A stretch of DNA of 56,846 nucleotides, counting the filler, from Basidiobolus ranarum (taxonomy: Eukaryota): the NCBI GenBank assembly GCA_040143965.1. It is 4 parts of 4 records of this genome, joined end to end, with 100 filler letters (N's around TTAATTAATTAA, not from the genome) between each part and the next. Parts side by side here need not be neighbours in the genome. Positions count along the whole stretch, not along the records: positions 1 to 14,168 come from JASJQH010007314.1; positions 14,269 to 28,402 come from JASJQH010007315.1; positions 28,503 to 42,630 come from JASJQH010007316.1; 1 more part is not named here. One strand, written 5' to 3'. Positions within the stretch are counted from its first letter, which is position 1. Each line of letters opens with the position of its first letter. Positions 13,348 to 31,496 of this stretch are shown one piece after another. The notes below the pieces were generated by a model. The model was not told where the DNA came from. It did no database searches and worked only from the letters and a program-made list of their open reading frames with translations. A program made the position numbers and the translations under genes.

Positions 13348-13938
13348 AAACTTGTGCTGGAAGCCCCAAACCTTCAACACATGTTCCTGGAACCTGCCTT
13401 AACACATTCTACACGTTAGTTTGTTTACATCTTGACAAAACTGTAAATGTCAACTGAATACTCAATAAATCAATAAGTGAAAGCCATTGATTCTTCTATA
13501 TCTCTGCAAACCACTTCCAGCAAAATCTCAAAATTCTTTTACAAATATAACTAGAGCTGACAGAATAAATAAAGAAAGTTAAACCTTGACAGTATGCACC
13601 AAGTATAAATCATTCTTAGAGCCCAAATCATTGAAATAGTAGTGTTTAAGTATTTGGGAGCCTGTTGGAAGTGGTTTAAAGAATTAGAGAAATTGGTGTT
13701 TTCACTTGTTGATTTATTGAGTAGAAAGTTGGCATTTATAGTTTTATCAAGATATATACAGGAACATGTGTGCAAAGTTTGGGGCTTCTAGCTCAGGTTT
13801 GAAAAAAATCTATATATCTGTGAACTTCTGAGTAAATTCCTTTTAAGAATAATGGGTAATATTTTAGTTCAATATAGGATAACTAAATACTAAGCTATAT
13901 GTAATTATACGGGTGCTTAGGCAATGCTAATTTCAACA
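13348..13938. repeat. Inverted pair of a dispersed AT-rich repeat (arm A ~13348-13520, arm B ~13642-13938)
   Basis: aaacttgtgctggaagccccaaac...caaaccacttcc is the reverse complement of ggaagtggttt...gtttggggcttctagctcaggttt. The same family occurs at 28503-28827 and 38710-39346. Confidence 0.85.
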
Positions 13939-14168
13939 ACTAGAACCTAAATTCTTGAATATCTTATATCAATCATATACATATTGTGTTGAGATATTGG
14001 CTCATCATGTATGTATTTATGTGTTGTGATGCTGTTGGATAATTAATCTTTATTCAGCATCATAGTTAACTTTAGTTATGATACATATATCAGAAACAGA
14101 AAGCAACGTATCTATAGCCCCTATATTCTAAATAGGAATATCTCTATATCTATATAACAAGTATGTCT

Positions 14169-14268
14169 NNNNNNNNNNNNNNNNNNNNNNNNNNNNNNNN
14201 NNNNNNNNNNNNTTAATTAATTAANNNNNNNNNNNNNNNNNNNNNNNNNNNNNNNNNNNNNNNNNNNN
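14169..14268. other. Artificial contig linker (N44-TTAATTAATTAA-N44)
   Basis: Six-frame stop linker flanked by Ns, identical to the linkers at 28403 and 42631. Confidence 0.99.
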
Positions 14269-16838
14269 TCTGTGGGAGTAAAATGAGCTATCTTTGGGGC
14301 AATTTGGACGAGTTTGAAATTTCCAATATGTAATTGCTAATTCTCACATAATTCACATATATATAAAATATATGTTCCGATTTTCAGCTAAGTGATATTT
14401 GACTAAATAATGTTGACTAACTAATATGTGATATATGAAATAGTTAGGTGTATAAAGATAGGGATAACATATACGATAAAGACAATAAACTTCAACATGT
14501 AAAGCCTAAAATAGCTAAATAAAGGCATGCATATTAATTCAAATTCCTACAGCAGTAAACCTAGTAATTTGCCATTCAAAATTAATATTTTTGTAAAAAG
14601 TGCTGTATATTGAATAATGCATGCCAAATTTGAGGATCAATATTTTAACATGTATGCATACTGTCAAAATACCATCAAGAAACCACCATCACATCATCCA
14701 AATCCCTGGCAGAATGCAAGCCACCAATATTGTGATCATTCTCTGATGGTTTTGCTATTTTGGAGGGTGGATCTGATCCGGATCAAATCAATTTTACTTT
14801 TGTTGGGGTAATGAGCTGGATGCTACTGGTTATATATTATTCTTTCCTGTACACCATATATACTAATAGCTTCCTGATAATGGGTCTTTCCTAATTAGAT
14901 CTCACTTGCATTTAATAGAATCCGAGGTGTGTAATGACAAATATCTGCCAATTGAAGAGACTTGATTGGAAGTGGATGAATTTTTCAATAGCTTAATTGC
15001 CAATCCTTTTGATAAGTATAAATGGGGGCTTTTCTATACTAGCAAAGAGTTAAATTCAATGTTGCATTGCTCCCACTAATTTTAAATGCTTAAATTTTAT
15101 TGAGTTTGGTTAGGGCTGGTAATTTATACCTGACAACATGATAATAACTTTACTATATAGTTTGTATGATAAAGTTGAGCAAGGCTGCATCCTAAATAAT
15201 ACTTAATATAGTAGAGTGACATTTGCATTTAATATATCAGTTCCAATATTATGTTAAGAGTAAATATTGAATACATAAAGTTAGATTCTGCCAAGTTATA
15301 TAGTATTCAACAGTAGCCATTCTATAACCACTTGCCATACATTATTTGCTTCAGAATTGTAATGATGTGCAGTTAACATAATATTATGCTTACTTCTATC
15401 AATATCTCAAATACTATTAACCATTTATTGTCTTTGGGATTAGAAGTTAACGCAAAGAAATTGTATAGGAAACAATTAATATAATAGTGATGGGTATATC
15501 TACTCTATTTGTTAGTATGTTGAGCAAATAAGATATTTTATGCTTGGTATGTAACTGTAACATTTAAATACATCCAGGTCCCACATTGCTAAATATCAGA
15601 ATTGCAATCAAGAGAACTTGAATTAGTAGGCAAGGTAGGCAGACTCTATTTAAGCTCTTTGCCACTTTATTCAAAAGAAGCATAGGACTTTGTTTGTTTG
15701 AATGCTTATTTGTATTATTTGCACAATGATGTCTTATTTATGAGCACTTTAGCAGCCAGCAAGGGCGGTAATATTTTGAACTGTTGATTTATTATAGCTC
15801 TGCTTTAATACCATATTTGTCTCTTCTAGTAAAGAGATACAGAAAGCAATCTTGATATTTACATGGCACAACATTTCTTAAATTCATAAAATAATCACTT
15901 TTGAAAATATGCCCATAATTATTTGGCAAATTTAGCAATTGTAGATAATTCAGCATATAACTGTCATACTGGGTCAGTGTCTTTACTACTATCACTCATC
16001 AATAAAGTACTTCTTAAATGTTCTCATGGCAGCTGTTATAATAGAGCATAATCATCATATTCCTTTGGAGTTTAACTAGTATATAGTGGCTTATCATAGT
16101 CAAAATAATTCATATTAATATTGAAAACATTATGTAAATCTATATCTCAGTTTAGAAAGTCTTTCCTCTTAGTAAAGGATTTAAACATCTTAGATATTAG
16201 TCTAATTGACTTTGATATTGTTTGAATTCAGCCTTAATCAAGCTTTCATTCCTGAACTTTGAGATGATGAAGATATTTTTAATGTATTATCCTTGATATT
16301 TTCTTATTATATTTAAAAAAATCACATCTTGCTAATGCTTTTTATACTCTTTCATGACTTCCTTTTCATCACAGCTTTTATATACCAATAAATGAACTTT
16401 CACTATTGAGGTTGTGATTATCAAGACAGTTAAGCCTATCAAATTATCCAGACAACTTAACCCTAGAAGAATTAAGCTCAACTCTAACAACACCTGAAAC
16501 CCTGTAAATGCTCCAACTGCTGAGTCAGTTTCACCTGGGACTGTTATGCTCACTATTTCAAGATCAATTAATAAAATAATCCAACACCATACAATTTCTA
16601 TAGCTCTGCACTCTCTCTTGCAATGATGGTCTTTTAATAAATCTTCTGGAAAATCAATGTCAGTGACTTTATTGTTATTACAACTGAGTGAGCATTATGC
16701 CACTAATAGGAATCAAACAAAATCAGCAAAATTATACAAATCTTAGATGGTGATAGAGACGAGGATTAACAACAAATAAGGTGAAAAGCGTAGGCAATAT
16801 GTATACAGAGATATGTATGTATACAGATATAAAAATGT

Positions 16839-22077
<5,239 letters not shown>

Positions 22078-22929
22078 AGTACTCTCTAGATATTTTAGCA
22101 ATTGATAAAACTTGAAAGGATAAGGGTTTTTATTTCATTTCAATTCGGGGAGATGAGTAACTCGTGGAGAAGGTTTTAATTATCCAAGCCCAACAACTCG
22201 TTCGAGGTTGATATTTTTCGGATTTTCAGACCGATCAATATATACAAACTCAATAGTTATGGTTTATGATTTTCTATAGACTGCGGAGTCTGCGGATTCC
22301 GCGGTGTATAATCAATATCGAAGTTAATGTACATTATAGTTAATACTCATAACGCATAACGCATAAATGAGAGGGATTTTGTTTTCGATCGAGAGAATCC
22401 ACTCAATAGGGTCATCTCTTGAGAATATCATTACCAGAATTAGTGGCAATAACGTCATTACCAGAATTAGCCATATTACCGTCATTACCATATTTCGCTC
22501 ACGATAATGTAGATCAAGTCACGATTTGTACCAGTAGCCTCAGTAATCACTGTAGAAATGCGATATTTTGTACCTATTAAACACTCCCACAGTCGCACCT
22601 CCATAATAATTCATAGATGGGACGTTATTTTTTTATCTATAAGGAACACAGTGCTTATCGCTTAAGCATGCTTTCAGAGTCACAGCAGAACTCGGCAGAA
22701 AGACATGATTTGCTAGTTTACTGAAAAAAGTATAATTAGTCAGTCTATTAATAGAAATGCGTAAGGGGGCTGTGAGACGAGTACAACAATACAGAAGTGG
22801 TACTAAGATTCAGTTAGATTCTCAAGTGAACGTTGTTCCAGAACCGTAAACATCTCTGGGTAGACAAGCTCTTTGGCATCCTAGAAAACTCTCAATAAGA
22901 AGAACAGCATTCAATAGCAATCCATAGCA

Positions 22930-22990
22930 TTTAATGTATCTCTTACCTTTTAATGTATCTCTTACTTTTTAACGTATCTCTTACCTTTTT
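22930..22990. repeat. Short tandem repeat (~20-bp unit tttaatgtatctcttacctt x3)
   Basis: Directly visible tandem copies. Confidence 0.8.
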
Positions 22991-23219
22991 TTCTATCTCT
23001 TCCCTAGATGCTCAAAGTGGTTGGTTTCATTGCAATGGCGACTTTAAAGCTTAACATCACATTACACCTAACCCTAATGAATCACTTCCACCATAGAGCA
23101 TAACGTGATTTGCTTAGTGGTAAAAAGATGGTCATCAAAAATTGAAGTGATTCGGTGTCAATGATTTGAAACCAGTGCTACACGATAAAGACTGACAGTT
23201 GATGAGAAAAATTGGCAAT

Positions 23220-23265
23220 AGATCAATGCTTAGGTGAACAGATCAATGCTTAGGTGAACAGATCA
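23220..23265. repeat. Perfect 20-bp tandem duplication (agatcaatgcttaggtgaac x2)
   Basis: Directly visible. Confidence 0.85.
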
Positions 23266-25177
23266 CTGAAACAGTACGTAACACCAACAAAGGTAGGTTT
23301 AAAGACGGTGCTATGTATAAACACATTGCTAATAACTGTCAACACTTCGCCGGCAGATTATTGTTATTCACCAATCTTCTTATCCTAGAGGAAAATCGTT
23401 GATAATAGCATAGCTCTCGAAAGCATGTGAAACAAGGATTACAGTGACATATGAGATATCAACGTAGTGAAGTAGTTTCCCGATGTATTACCAACGAAAA
23501 CGAAAGTATGGTAGCTTTCAAGTAGAATAAAAATACGAAGAAAAATATGACAAGCCTCCTTCTTTTCCATGTATCTTGGAGGACTGTATTCTCAAGATCT
23601 CCTGCTGCTCATATTCTTTACCCTCACCCTAGAAGAACTATAAATTCGAATTTTATTATTGAGATTAAGTTAGCAACCTTTCTTACTGTATAAAAATACG
23701 ATCGAGACACTTGCAGAAAATTCCAGAAAAAGAGCGTCAGCATCACCAATAATGTGATGTTTAGAAAAGGGAAAGTAGTGTGCTATAAAACTATAATAAT
23801 ACCATAATGAACACAATGAGTATCAAGGTGAACTTATCAAGAATTGAAAATAGACTTTTTAGATTAAAGCAAAGTTTTGATTTTAAAAACACCAGTGAAA
23901 TAATAGCATGGAGTAATACTTTTCTCAAACTCCCTGCTCTTTTATCTATCTAGCAGGACTGTATCATCTATATTTTCTCTCAATCTTAGCCTAGAGAAAA
24001 TAGCTCAAAACTCAGTTTGCACCTTAGAAGTAAGAGATTTTTTAGCAGTATGATATACCTGGTACTTTGTAATTTCTACTCAATACAGTTATGTTGAATT
24101 AGCAATTCCATTATATAGATGGTACACAGTAAGCTGGCTCTGTATACCAAATATCAGTATTATATATGTCTAGGTATCAATGGGTAGAATATCCAGACAT
24201 AGCTTAAACGTTAACTCAATTAGAGACTAGGGTATAAGGATTGATAACTCAGTGGTTAGAGCACCTTGGTTGGCAGCTAGATTTTGTTGATTATTATTTG
24301 TAGAAACATTTCTTGTTTCCAGAGCACCGTTCTTATTATGCATTTTGTAGAGCTTCTATCATATTGTTTATCTTAAAACTACTACCTTGTTACCACTAGG
24401 CATGCTATCTTTGAAACTTCAGAAATTCATTATATTACTAAATATATTAATTGAGGATGGATTCCCCTTTCATTACGATTTGCTAGGAAAGTACGAACTT
24501 AAAAATCTCTGAATTTATATTTACACCTAATCTCAATAAAGGCTACATCACTTGGTGCTTTTCCTTCCTCTGAATGCTCTCTCCTTGACAGCTTCCAATT
24601 CCACCTGCTACATAACAATCATGAGCACAACGAAATACAACTATGGCTCATGGATGTAAATCAATGATTGTTGAGGAGTTTAGTGCCTGCCCCTCCATAG
24701 TTTAATTGGGGGCGATATAGAGAGTAGTTATTTGTAGTTATCGGAGATACAGTTTATGATCATTCGGAACTCTATCGAAAGAGATTTAGTTGGCAATCCG
24801 TAGATGTTTGGGTATACTTACCCATTATTCAATCACGCACCCTATCGATCAATCAACCAACATTTCGATCAATCGTTCAACTAATCCCTAAGGCATACAT
24901 CCAATAATAGAAAATAGATCCCGCGGGTATGGTAGCACGTGCTTGGCTGTGTCACCAATATCCAATAGACTGTAAAGCTGCCAGTAAAGCTGCCAACAAA
25001 ATCTTACTAAACCTTATATCTCACCGTGGGATTTTTATAGTCGTGTAGATGCGATTGGGCCATTCGTTAACTGGTCGATAAATTGGAGTCTTGGCGGTGG
25101 ATAAACCCTAGGGACAGAATCCCCACCAATCCTTATATATACTACATCTTATCACCTACTGCTTCACAAACTAAAGT

Positions 25178-26293
25178 ATGTGCAAGAATCATACAAGCTC
25201 GAGCAAGTCTCTATCCAAGATCCCTGTTGGCTTTCGAATTGCTCCTGAATGGGAGCCTCACAAGCGTACCATCATGGCTTGGCCTGCTTCGAAATACATA
25301 TGGCGAAATCTACTCACTGGTGCTCAAAGAAATATTACCCAACTTGCCCAAGCCCTCTCTCGCTTTGAACCAGTCCAAGTCTTAGCTTCACCCGATCAGG
25401 TTCCCCATGCTAAAAAAGCATTAGGAAGTAAGATCGAAGTGATCCCAATTGCAGTGGATGATTTTTGGACTCGAGACACTGCACCGTTGTTTCTTACCAA
25501 AGGAAAAGAGACAATTGGGGTTGATTACAACTTCAATGGCTGGGGGAAGAAAATTCCTCTCAAGTACCGCAAGAATGATGGGAGTGTATCTCGCAACTAT
25601 CTAACGCATTACAATTTTCCTCGGTTACAATCCAACCTGATTGCTGAAGGAGGAGCTATCGAGACTGATGGTCAGGGAACTCTGCTACTGACTGAAAGTA
25701 GTATTGTGAATAACAACCGGAATCCTGGTATGGGTCTGAAAGAGATCGAAGCTGCTCTTAAATCGGAGCTTGGGATCCAGAAGATCATTTGGCTCAGAGG
25801 AGTCAAGGGAAAGGATATCACTGACTCGCATGTGGATACCTTGGCTCGATTTGTTGCACCAGGCATCGTGGTGGTTAGTCGTCCAGGGCCCGCCAAAAAG
25901 AATGACCCAGACTCTGCTATCTGGGCCCAGCAATATAGTCAAGCCATTCAAGTCTTAACGCAAGCTACTGATGCAAAGGGGAACCGACTGAAGATCGTAC
26001 AACTACCTGAACCTGATTATGAAAAAATCAGAGGGATGCCTGCCGAAGGAGCGGCTGATGAAATATCCCTGGAGGTGTTCAGAGACTCATTTTTGGCATC
26101 CTATGCTAATTTTTACATTGCCAATGGAGCCATCATCGTGCCAGAATTTGGTGATGTAGAAGCGGATCGGATGGCACAGGGTATTCTTCAAGGAGTGTTC
26201 CCTGGACGACAGATTGTTCCCTTGAACATCGATTATATCGCAACAGGTGGTGGAGGCATTCATTGTGCAACTCATGACCAGCCTGAAGCTTAG
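25178..26293 (+). CDS. aguA: Agmatine deiminase (PAD_porph / AguA family), intronless, bacterial-type
   Basis: Motifs PEWEPH..TIMAWP, DDFWTRDTAP, FNGWGKK, EGGAIETDGQGT, NRNPG, TDSHVD..ARF, SYANFYIANG, GGGGIHCATHDQP (catalytic Cys/His/Asp present). Confidence 0.95.
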   Translation: MCKNHTSSSKSLSKIPVGFRIAPEWEPHKRTIMAWPASKYIWRNLLTGAQRNITQLAQALSRFEPVQVLASPDQVPHAKKALGSKIEVIPIAVDDFWTRDTAPLFLTKGKETIGVDYNFNGWGKKIPLKYRKNDGSVSRNYLTHYNFPRLQSNLIAEGGAIETDGQGTLLLTESSIVNNNRNPGMGLKEIEAALKSELGIQKIIWLRGVKGKDITDSHVDTLARFVAPGIVVVSRPGPAKKNDPDSAIWAQQYSQAIQVLTQATDAKGNRLKIVQLPEPDYEKIRGMPAEGAADEISLEVFRDSFLASYANFYIANGAIIVPEFGDVEADRMAQGILQGVFPGRQIVPLNIDYIATGGGGIHCATHDQPEA

Positions 26294-26839
26294 ATAACGT
26301 TTAATTCTAAGCTGATATTTACGAGCGGACAATAAGAATAATAAACATCTCTTGTCCCGCTACTTTCTACTTCTATTTTTGAATCTAGCAATAAATGTAT
26401 TGATTATAAACAAGTAATAAATATAAACGCAAGTTATTCGACAGTAATCAGCTTCTACCAACATACATATCATCGTAACTTGAGTTATTCATTCACAACC
26501 AAGCATATTTTAATGTGGAAGAATTAAGTGAAACGCACGCTGTAAAAAGCGAAGAGTTGGAATTTATATCAGAACTTAACACAATTCGGCACCCAGAGAC
26601 TGTATACATAATTAATAAAGTAAAAAGCGACTTTAAACTCAAACAGTCACAAATGGAATTATATGAACAGCTTTCCTAGCACTCCAGCTAAGCCTGTTTC
26701 TATAGAGTCAGCGTGTAGCATGCAATCCATCGAGTCTTTAGTATCGCAAGTAAATCTAGTATGAAAGTACTTCTAGCCGCATATAACAGTTATATTTAAA
26801 GTTGCTATTTTAGATATTACTTTCCCAATTGCTGTTAAA

Positions 26840-27240
26840 ATGATTGCTTCTACTTTGCTTGCTCTGGGTTTTGCAATATCGCTTCCCAGTATTTGTACCA
26901 TTAATATGTAGATCAAAGGACCTAATGTAATCCACGCTGGAGGTACTATGCCCAAGTTACAGCTTCGTATATCTTCTCTTGCACTTAATGCTGTGAGTGA
27001 TCCGGACGTAGAGCTAAGCCAAGCTGATCCTCACCATGGAGTTATAATAGATTGCGTAAATACTGTAGATGTTCAAAGTCAACAAGGAGGCATCACATTA
27101 TTGTTCTCAATCGCCAGCTGATCATAGCGATGACATCTTGATCTTCACTTGACACTCTGGAAAATAGCAAGAAAAAAGGTGGGTGGGATTTTCATAAGTT
27201 TGTGGAGTACACAAGATCAAAGTGTTGCCATACAACCCTG
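26840..27240 (+). pseudogene. Possible pseudogene of a small secreted protein
   Basis: MIASTLLALGFAISLPSICT signal-like start, in-frame TAG at 26909-26911, and a frame that stays open with protein-like content to TGA at 27119. Confidence 0.3.
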
Positions 27241-28204
27241 ATTTTATGTGTATTATTTAACATATTCGATGAATAATCCCAGCGCGTTTTAAACTCATTA
27301 CTATTTTAATGGACAGTATTCTCAGTAAACCACACAGGTAAACAAAACTACTTCTATCAACCATTGTTATAAATTAGAAAGTAAGTACCAATTCAGAGAT
27401 GCTTATAATTAGACAGCCATGTCACTATTCGGAGTGGAGTATGAGTATTATATACATCTCTTTGCTATAGAGAATAGCCGGTGTTAATGATTTTTTCAAC
27501 TGATACCATATTCAACCAGCAGTTTTGTTCCAGTTCGGTCTGTTTCTAGGGAGTAGGAGTGTATCACGTGCCCATAGTAAATCCGATGTCTCTCTATCTC
27601 TCGTAAGAAATGTTCTGATCATCCAATAATGATGGTTTCTCTGTTCGTGGGGATTCAAGTCAAAAAGCCACCCTTACACTATCATCGAACCATTTACTAT
27701 GTTTAATCTCTGCAACTCTCTTATTATCCACTACATTGAACTATTATAACTCTCTTATTATCCATTACATTAAAGTCCTAGGTATCTACATATATATACT
27801 AGATAGCTGCAGGAGTATAAAATTTTGTTCAGTAGGCAGATAAAATTTGTTGTCGTAAAAATCAATGGCCGATTCAATCATGTTTCTAAAAACCTTCAAT
27901 CTAAATTTAGCCCTTACCATTACAGGCAAATATCTCACATGAATTAAAATATGATCAAATATATTGAAGATTTGATTAATTCAACCTGAATGCTTGAAGG
28001 GTAAGCTAGATATTTCCCCATAGTACGTCACACGAGAGGGCATAAATATTTCCAATATCTGCACGCATTAATCCAGTGCAACTCAATTATATCCTAGTTG
28101 ATATGTTCAGCTAATAGTAACCAATCTCTACGATTGAACAAATGAATTCAAGTAACTGAATCATGGCTAACTAATCCACAAAACTAACCCTAAACTAGCA
28201 ATAG

Positions 28205-28402
28205 CTCAAGAAGCAGCGTCTTCTACCTTGGCCACGATTGATCCTGCTTGGGTTAATGAATATAACCACTCAAGAATTCCAGATGTTGCACCTAGACCAG
28301 TAAGATCTGGTACCTGTCCAACCTCCCAATGTGGTCCGGAGGACTGCGAGAATTACTGGGAAACTTGTGGAAATTGTGCTTTACCAGATGATATCTATGG
28401 CT
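28205..28402 (+). CDS. N-terminal exon of a chitin deacetylase (CE4)-like protein, truncated by contig end
   Basis: ctaac branch point and tag acceptor at 28204. Peptide IDPAWVNEYNHSRIPDVAP...C..YWETCGNCALPDDIYG matches the Cys-rich pre-catalytic region of fungal chitin deacetylases (CWWTCGGC...DI..C). Confidence 0.7.
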
Positions 28403-28502
28403 NNNNNNNNNNNNNNNNNNNNNNNNNNNNNNNNNNNNNNNNNNNNTTAATTAATTAANNNNNNNNNNNNNNNNNNNNNNNNNNNNNNNNNNNNNNNNNN
28501 NN
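28403..28502. other. Artificial contig linker
   Basis: N44-TTAATTAATTAA-N44. Confidence 0.99.
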
Positions 28503-28827
28503 GGAAGTGGTTTGGAGAATTAGAGGAATTGGTGGTTTTCACTTATTGATTTATTGAGTATTCAGTTGACATTTATAGTTTTGTCAAGATGTAAACAAAC
28601 TAACATGTAGAATATGTTAAGGAAGGTCCCAGGAGCATGTGTGCAAAGTTTGGGGCTTCTAGCACAAGTTTAAAAAATCTATATATCTGAGAACTTCTAA
28701 GTTGGTAAAAATATTCTAAGTAAATTCCTCATGAGAATAATTGATAATATCTTAGTGAATTATAAGATAACTAAGTACTAAGCTATATATGACTATATAG
28801 GTGCTTAGGCAATGCTAATTTCAACAA
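28503..28827. repeat. Copy of the dispersed repeat family at the contig start
   Basis: Colinear with 13667-13938 and ends in the same ggtgcttaggcaatgctaatttcaaca terminus. Confidence 0.85.
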
Positions 28828-30183
28828 AGGAAACCCAAAAGCTACAGGTGTATGGATGCTTTCCAATTTTCATGGTATTTGAGGACAACATGTAGTCCAT
28901 ATATCAAATCCCAAGAAAGAGGGGAGCCTATATTTATATATTCTAGTTTCCAACATTTTCGTAGGCAAAGATTTGAAACAATATATGTACTTTTTCATGA
29001 CGATTGGCTTTTGCTAACTTTAGATTAGCGATGGAGATTGAACAGAATGTTCTCATTGCCAATCCACACAACATCCAATTAGGATGATTGAAATATTCTA
29101 TACTGGAAGCATTTTATTCTGACTCGGTTGGCTATTTCCACACGCCTATGCAATGTAACTTAATATATATATAGATTCGCATTCGTATACTACAAAAGAG
29201 TATTGCCATCAAGACCAGTAAGTGATAGTTGATATACAGCAGTGAGTGTATGCATAACCACTTCATACTATGTAATCATCAAATCAGAGCATGTAAATCC
29301 CTTCCTCCTCATCTGAATTAAGCTTTGAAATTGTATGAAAAGAGTGATGCTTGCAATCGAATCCCAGATCCTAATATAAACAGTAGTTAATATAGCACTG
29401 TACTAACTGATACTCCTCCGCAAACGTTCCGGATTTTCATAATTGTACTGGTTCCACACATAAGATACATGCTCAGTAAATTAGATGTTCCACAAATACA
29501 ACTTCTCTACGGCCCGTTGATCGTGTATTAAACCTGCACACGATCTTACATATCGTTACCGATATCTCCGTTGGAGTGAAATAAGAGCATGTTCCACTTC
29601 CAAGGAATCATGGAGAGATTATAACAACATCGTGAGAACGGTCTAGATATGCGTAGAAAAGCCAATCACTTCTGGTTTTCCTCTCAACCAGGAAATAACT
29701 TGACCAGCCTTGGGGGAAATAGGCGCTAATCTACAGTTCAGGTTTAAACAAGCAGATGTAATGGATGATCGAGCTACTTGCATAGTGCATACTAATGATG
29801 GGGATAAACTGGTTTGGCTGCTTGAGAAGGAACCGTCGCCTCATTTGGTAATACTGAGGTAAGCTTGGATTGAATCATAGCATTGACCACTGTCTTTATG
29901 CGCTGTTGATAATACCAGCTGTAACAGAAAATCGATTTGATCATGTATTCCTTCTAGCGGATTTCATAAAGCATATTTGTTCAAGACCTAAGAAAATACT
30001 TCCATTCTCGTCTTATTATATTTCATATTGTAACGAAAAAAAAAACATGCTAGACATTTAAGATACTTGGAAAAAACCATCTTGGTTTCGTTTTAATAAA
30101 GATATTGACAAATTGAGGGACATAATATGACTACATGGTGAAATATATACAACATAATTTGGATATTCAGGATGATTAAAATA

Positions 30184-30585
30184 TCAGTTCGCTACTGAAG
30201 GCGTTAATGAAATATATAGGGTGGAGATTCGAAGTTGGGATTCTGTACCTACCACGAACCCGCGTTGTAGAATTTCATCAAAGTTGGGGTTTTGTTGTAT
30301 TAATTCCTTGGCAGCATCTACGTTCATCGAGCCACCTGGCGTCTCGCACATACTTACGGGCTGTACATGCGAGTAAACTGGCTTGGAGCTGATAGAAGCC
30401 CTATTAGGTAAATATACATTTGGCGGTAGAGTTGGTTGAAATTTCATTGGAGGATATTCGTCTTGAGAAGTATTAGCTCTTAAGTAACAAAATGAAATAT
30501 CAGAGTAGTTGGTCAATCTAGTGAACTCCTCTTGTTTGCGCGAAGTGGTGCGACGTTTGGATTTTGGGAATAGACAACAAAGCAT
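30184..30585 (-). CDS. Hypothetical 133-aa protein, paralog 1 (MLCCLFPKSK...ISLTPSVAN)
   Basis: Intronless ORF with TATATAA ~70 bp upstream; clear N- and C-terminal similarity to 31497-31898. Confidence 0.8.
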   Translation of the reverse strand: MLCCLFPKSKRRTTSRKQEEFTRLTNYSDISFCYLRANTSQDEYPPMKFQPTLPPNVYLPNRASISSKPVYSHVQPVSMCETPGGSMNVDAAKELIQQNPNFDEILQRGFVVGTESQLRISTLYISLTPSVAN

Positions 30586-31496
30586 GCTGTAGGAGATATT
30601 GTGAAAACTGCTACTTTTGAAGATGGTTGGTGAGCTCAGAATGATCGATGCTTATATAGTTTTTCTAATCTGGCTAACCAGCTTCTTTTTTCCTTGGCCG
30701 GTTATAGCAGTAGAAATCAACATGCAAGTGTAGAGGTCATCATAACAAGTTCTAAACCTGGTTAGCCAATGTAAATTTTGATTCTTGTTAATTATGATAA
30801 AGCACTCTTAGTAGAGACGTGCATGATAGCCCCTAGGTAGCTTTCCGAGCCGGTCTAACGATTTACCAAGGTGACAAAGTACAACAACATCAGTAGTAAC
30901 ATCGATCAGTAAGTGGGCAATTTAAATTACTCGTTATAGTAGTAATGAGGCAATTTCAGCTTGGAAAAGGTTTGGCATTCATTTTAGCCAAAATTCATGT
31001 TAATTGCCAAATTAGAACGAGAGTACCACCTATTGTTTTGACATGGTAAGCATTTTGGTTTTAATAACAAGAGAGGCAAACTCCATTTCGAATCATAGCA
31101 GTAAAAGGGAGTGCCATTCCCTCCTCCATTTCAGCAAATCAATCACCTCGTATTGGTCCACATTATTAATTGTTCTTTCCTTTTATATAGATTCCTGTAT
31201 TTTCAAGATAGTTTGCCGTTAGGCCGAAGACTTCGTTTTGGTGTAACCGCTGCCCGATTGACGATGCGAATCCAATGCCCATCATTATTCATGAAGCTAG
31301 TAGTGAGGCTTTGTTTGGATAAAAGAGTTTCGAATTAGGCTTCCTTCATTATATGTGAGAGTAAGCAAGTACAGATGGGTAAACGCCCAGTTACTGATAT
31401 TGATGATGTTTTGAACAGTGATGCTGGATTTATTTACATGAAATTTTTGGTGTCGGTAATTCTGGAGGATTCATCTAAAGATAAATTTGATCATTA

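Noticed and set aside
14213..14224. TTAATTAATTAA palindrome (also 28447 and 42675)
   Set aside because: Synthetic six-frame stop linker, not biological.
14600..16700. AT-rich region with short ORFs, possible old TE
   Set aside because: No diagnostic motif found by eye.
22425..23265. Short direct repeats superficially like a CRISPR array
   Set aside because: Simple tandem duplications without unique spacers, in a eukaryotic context with no cas genes.
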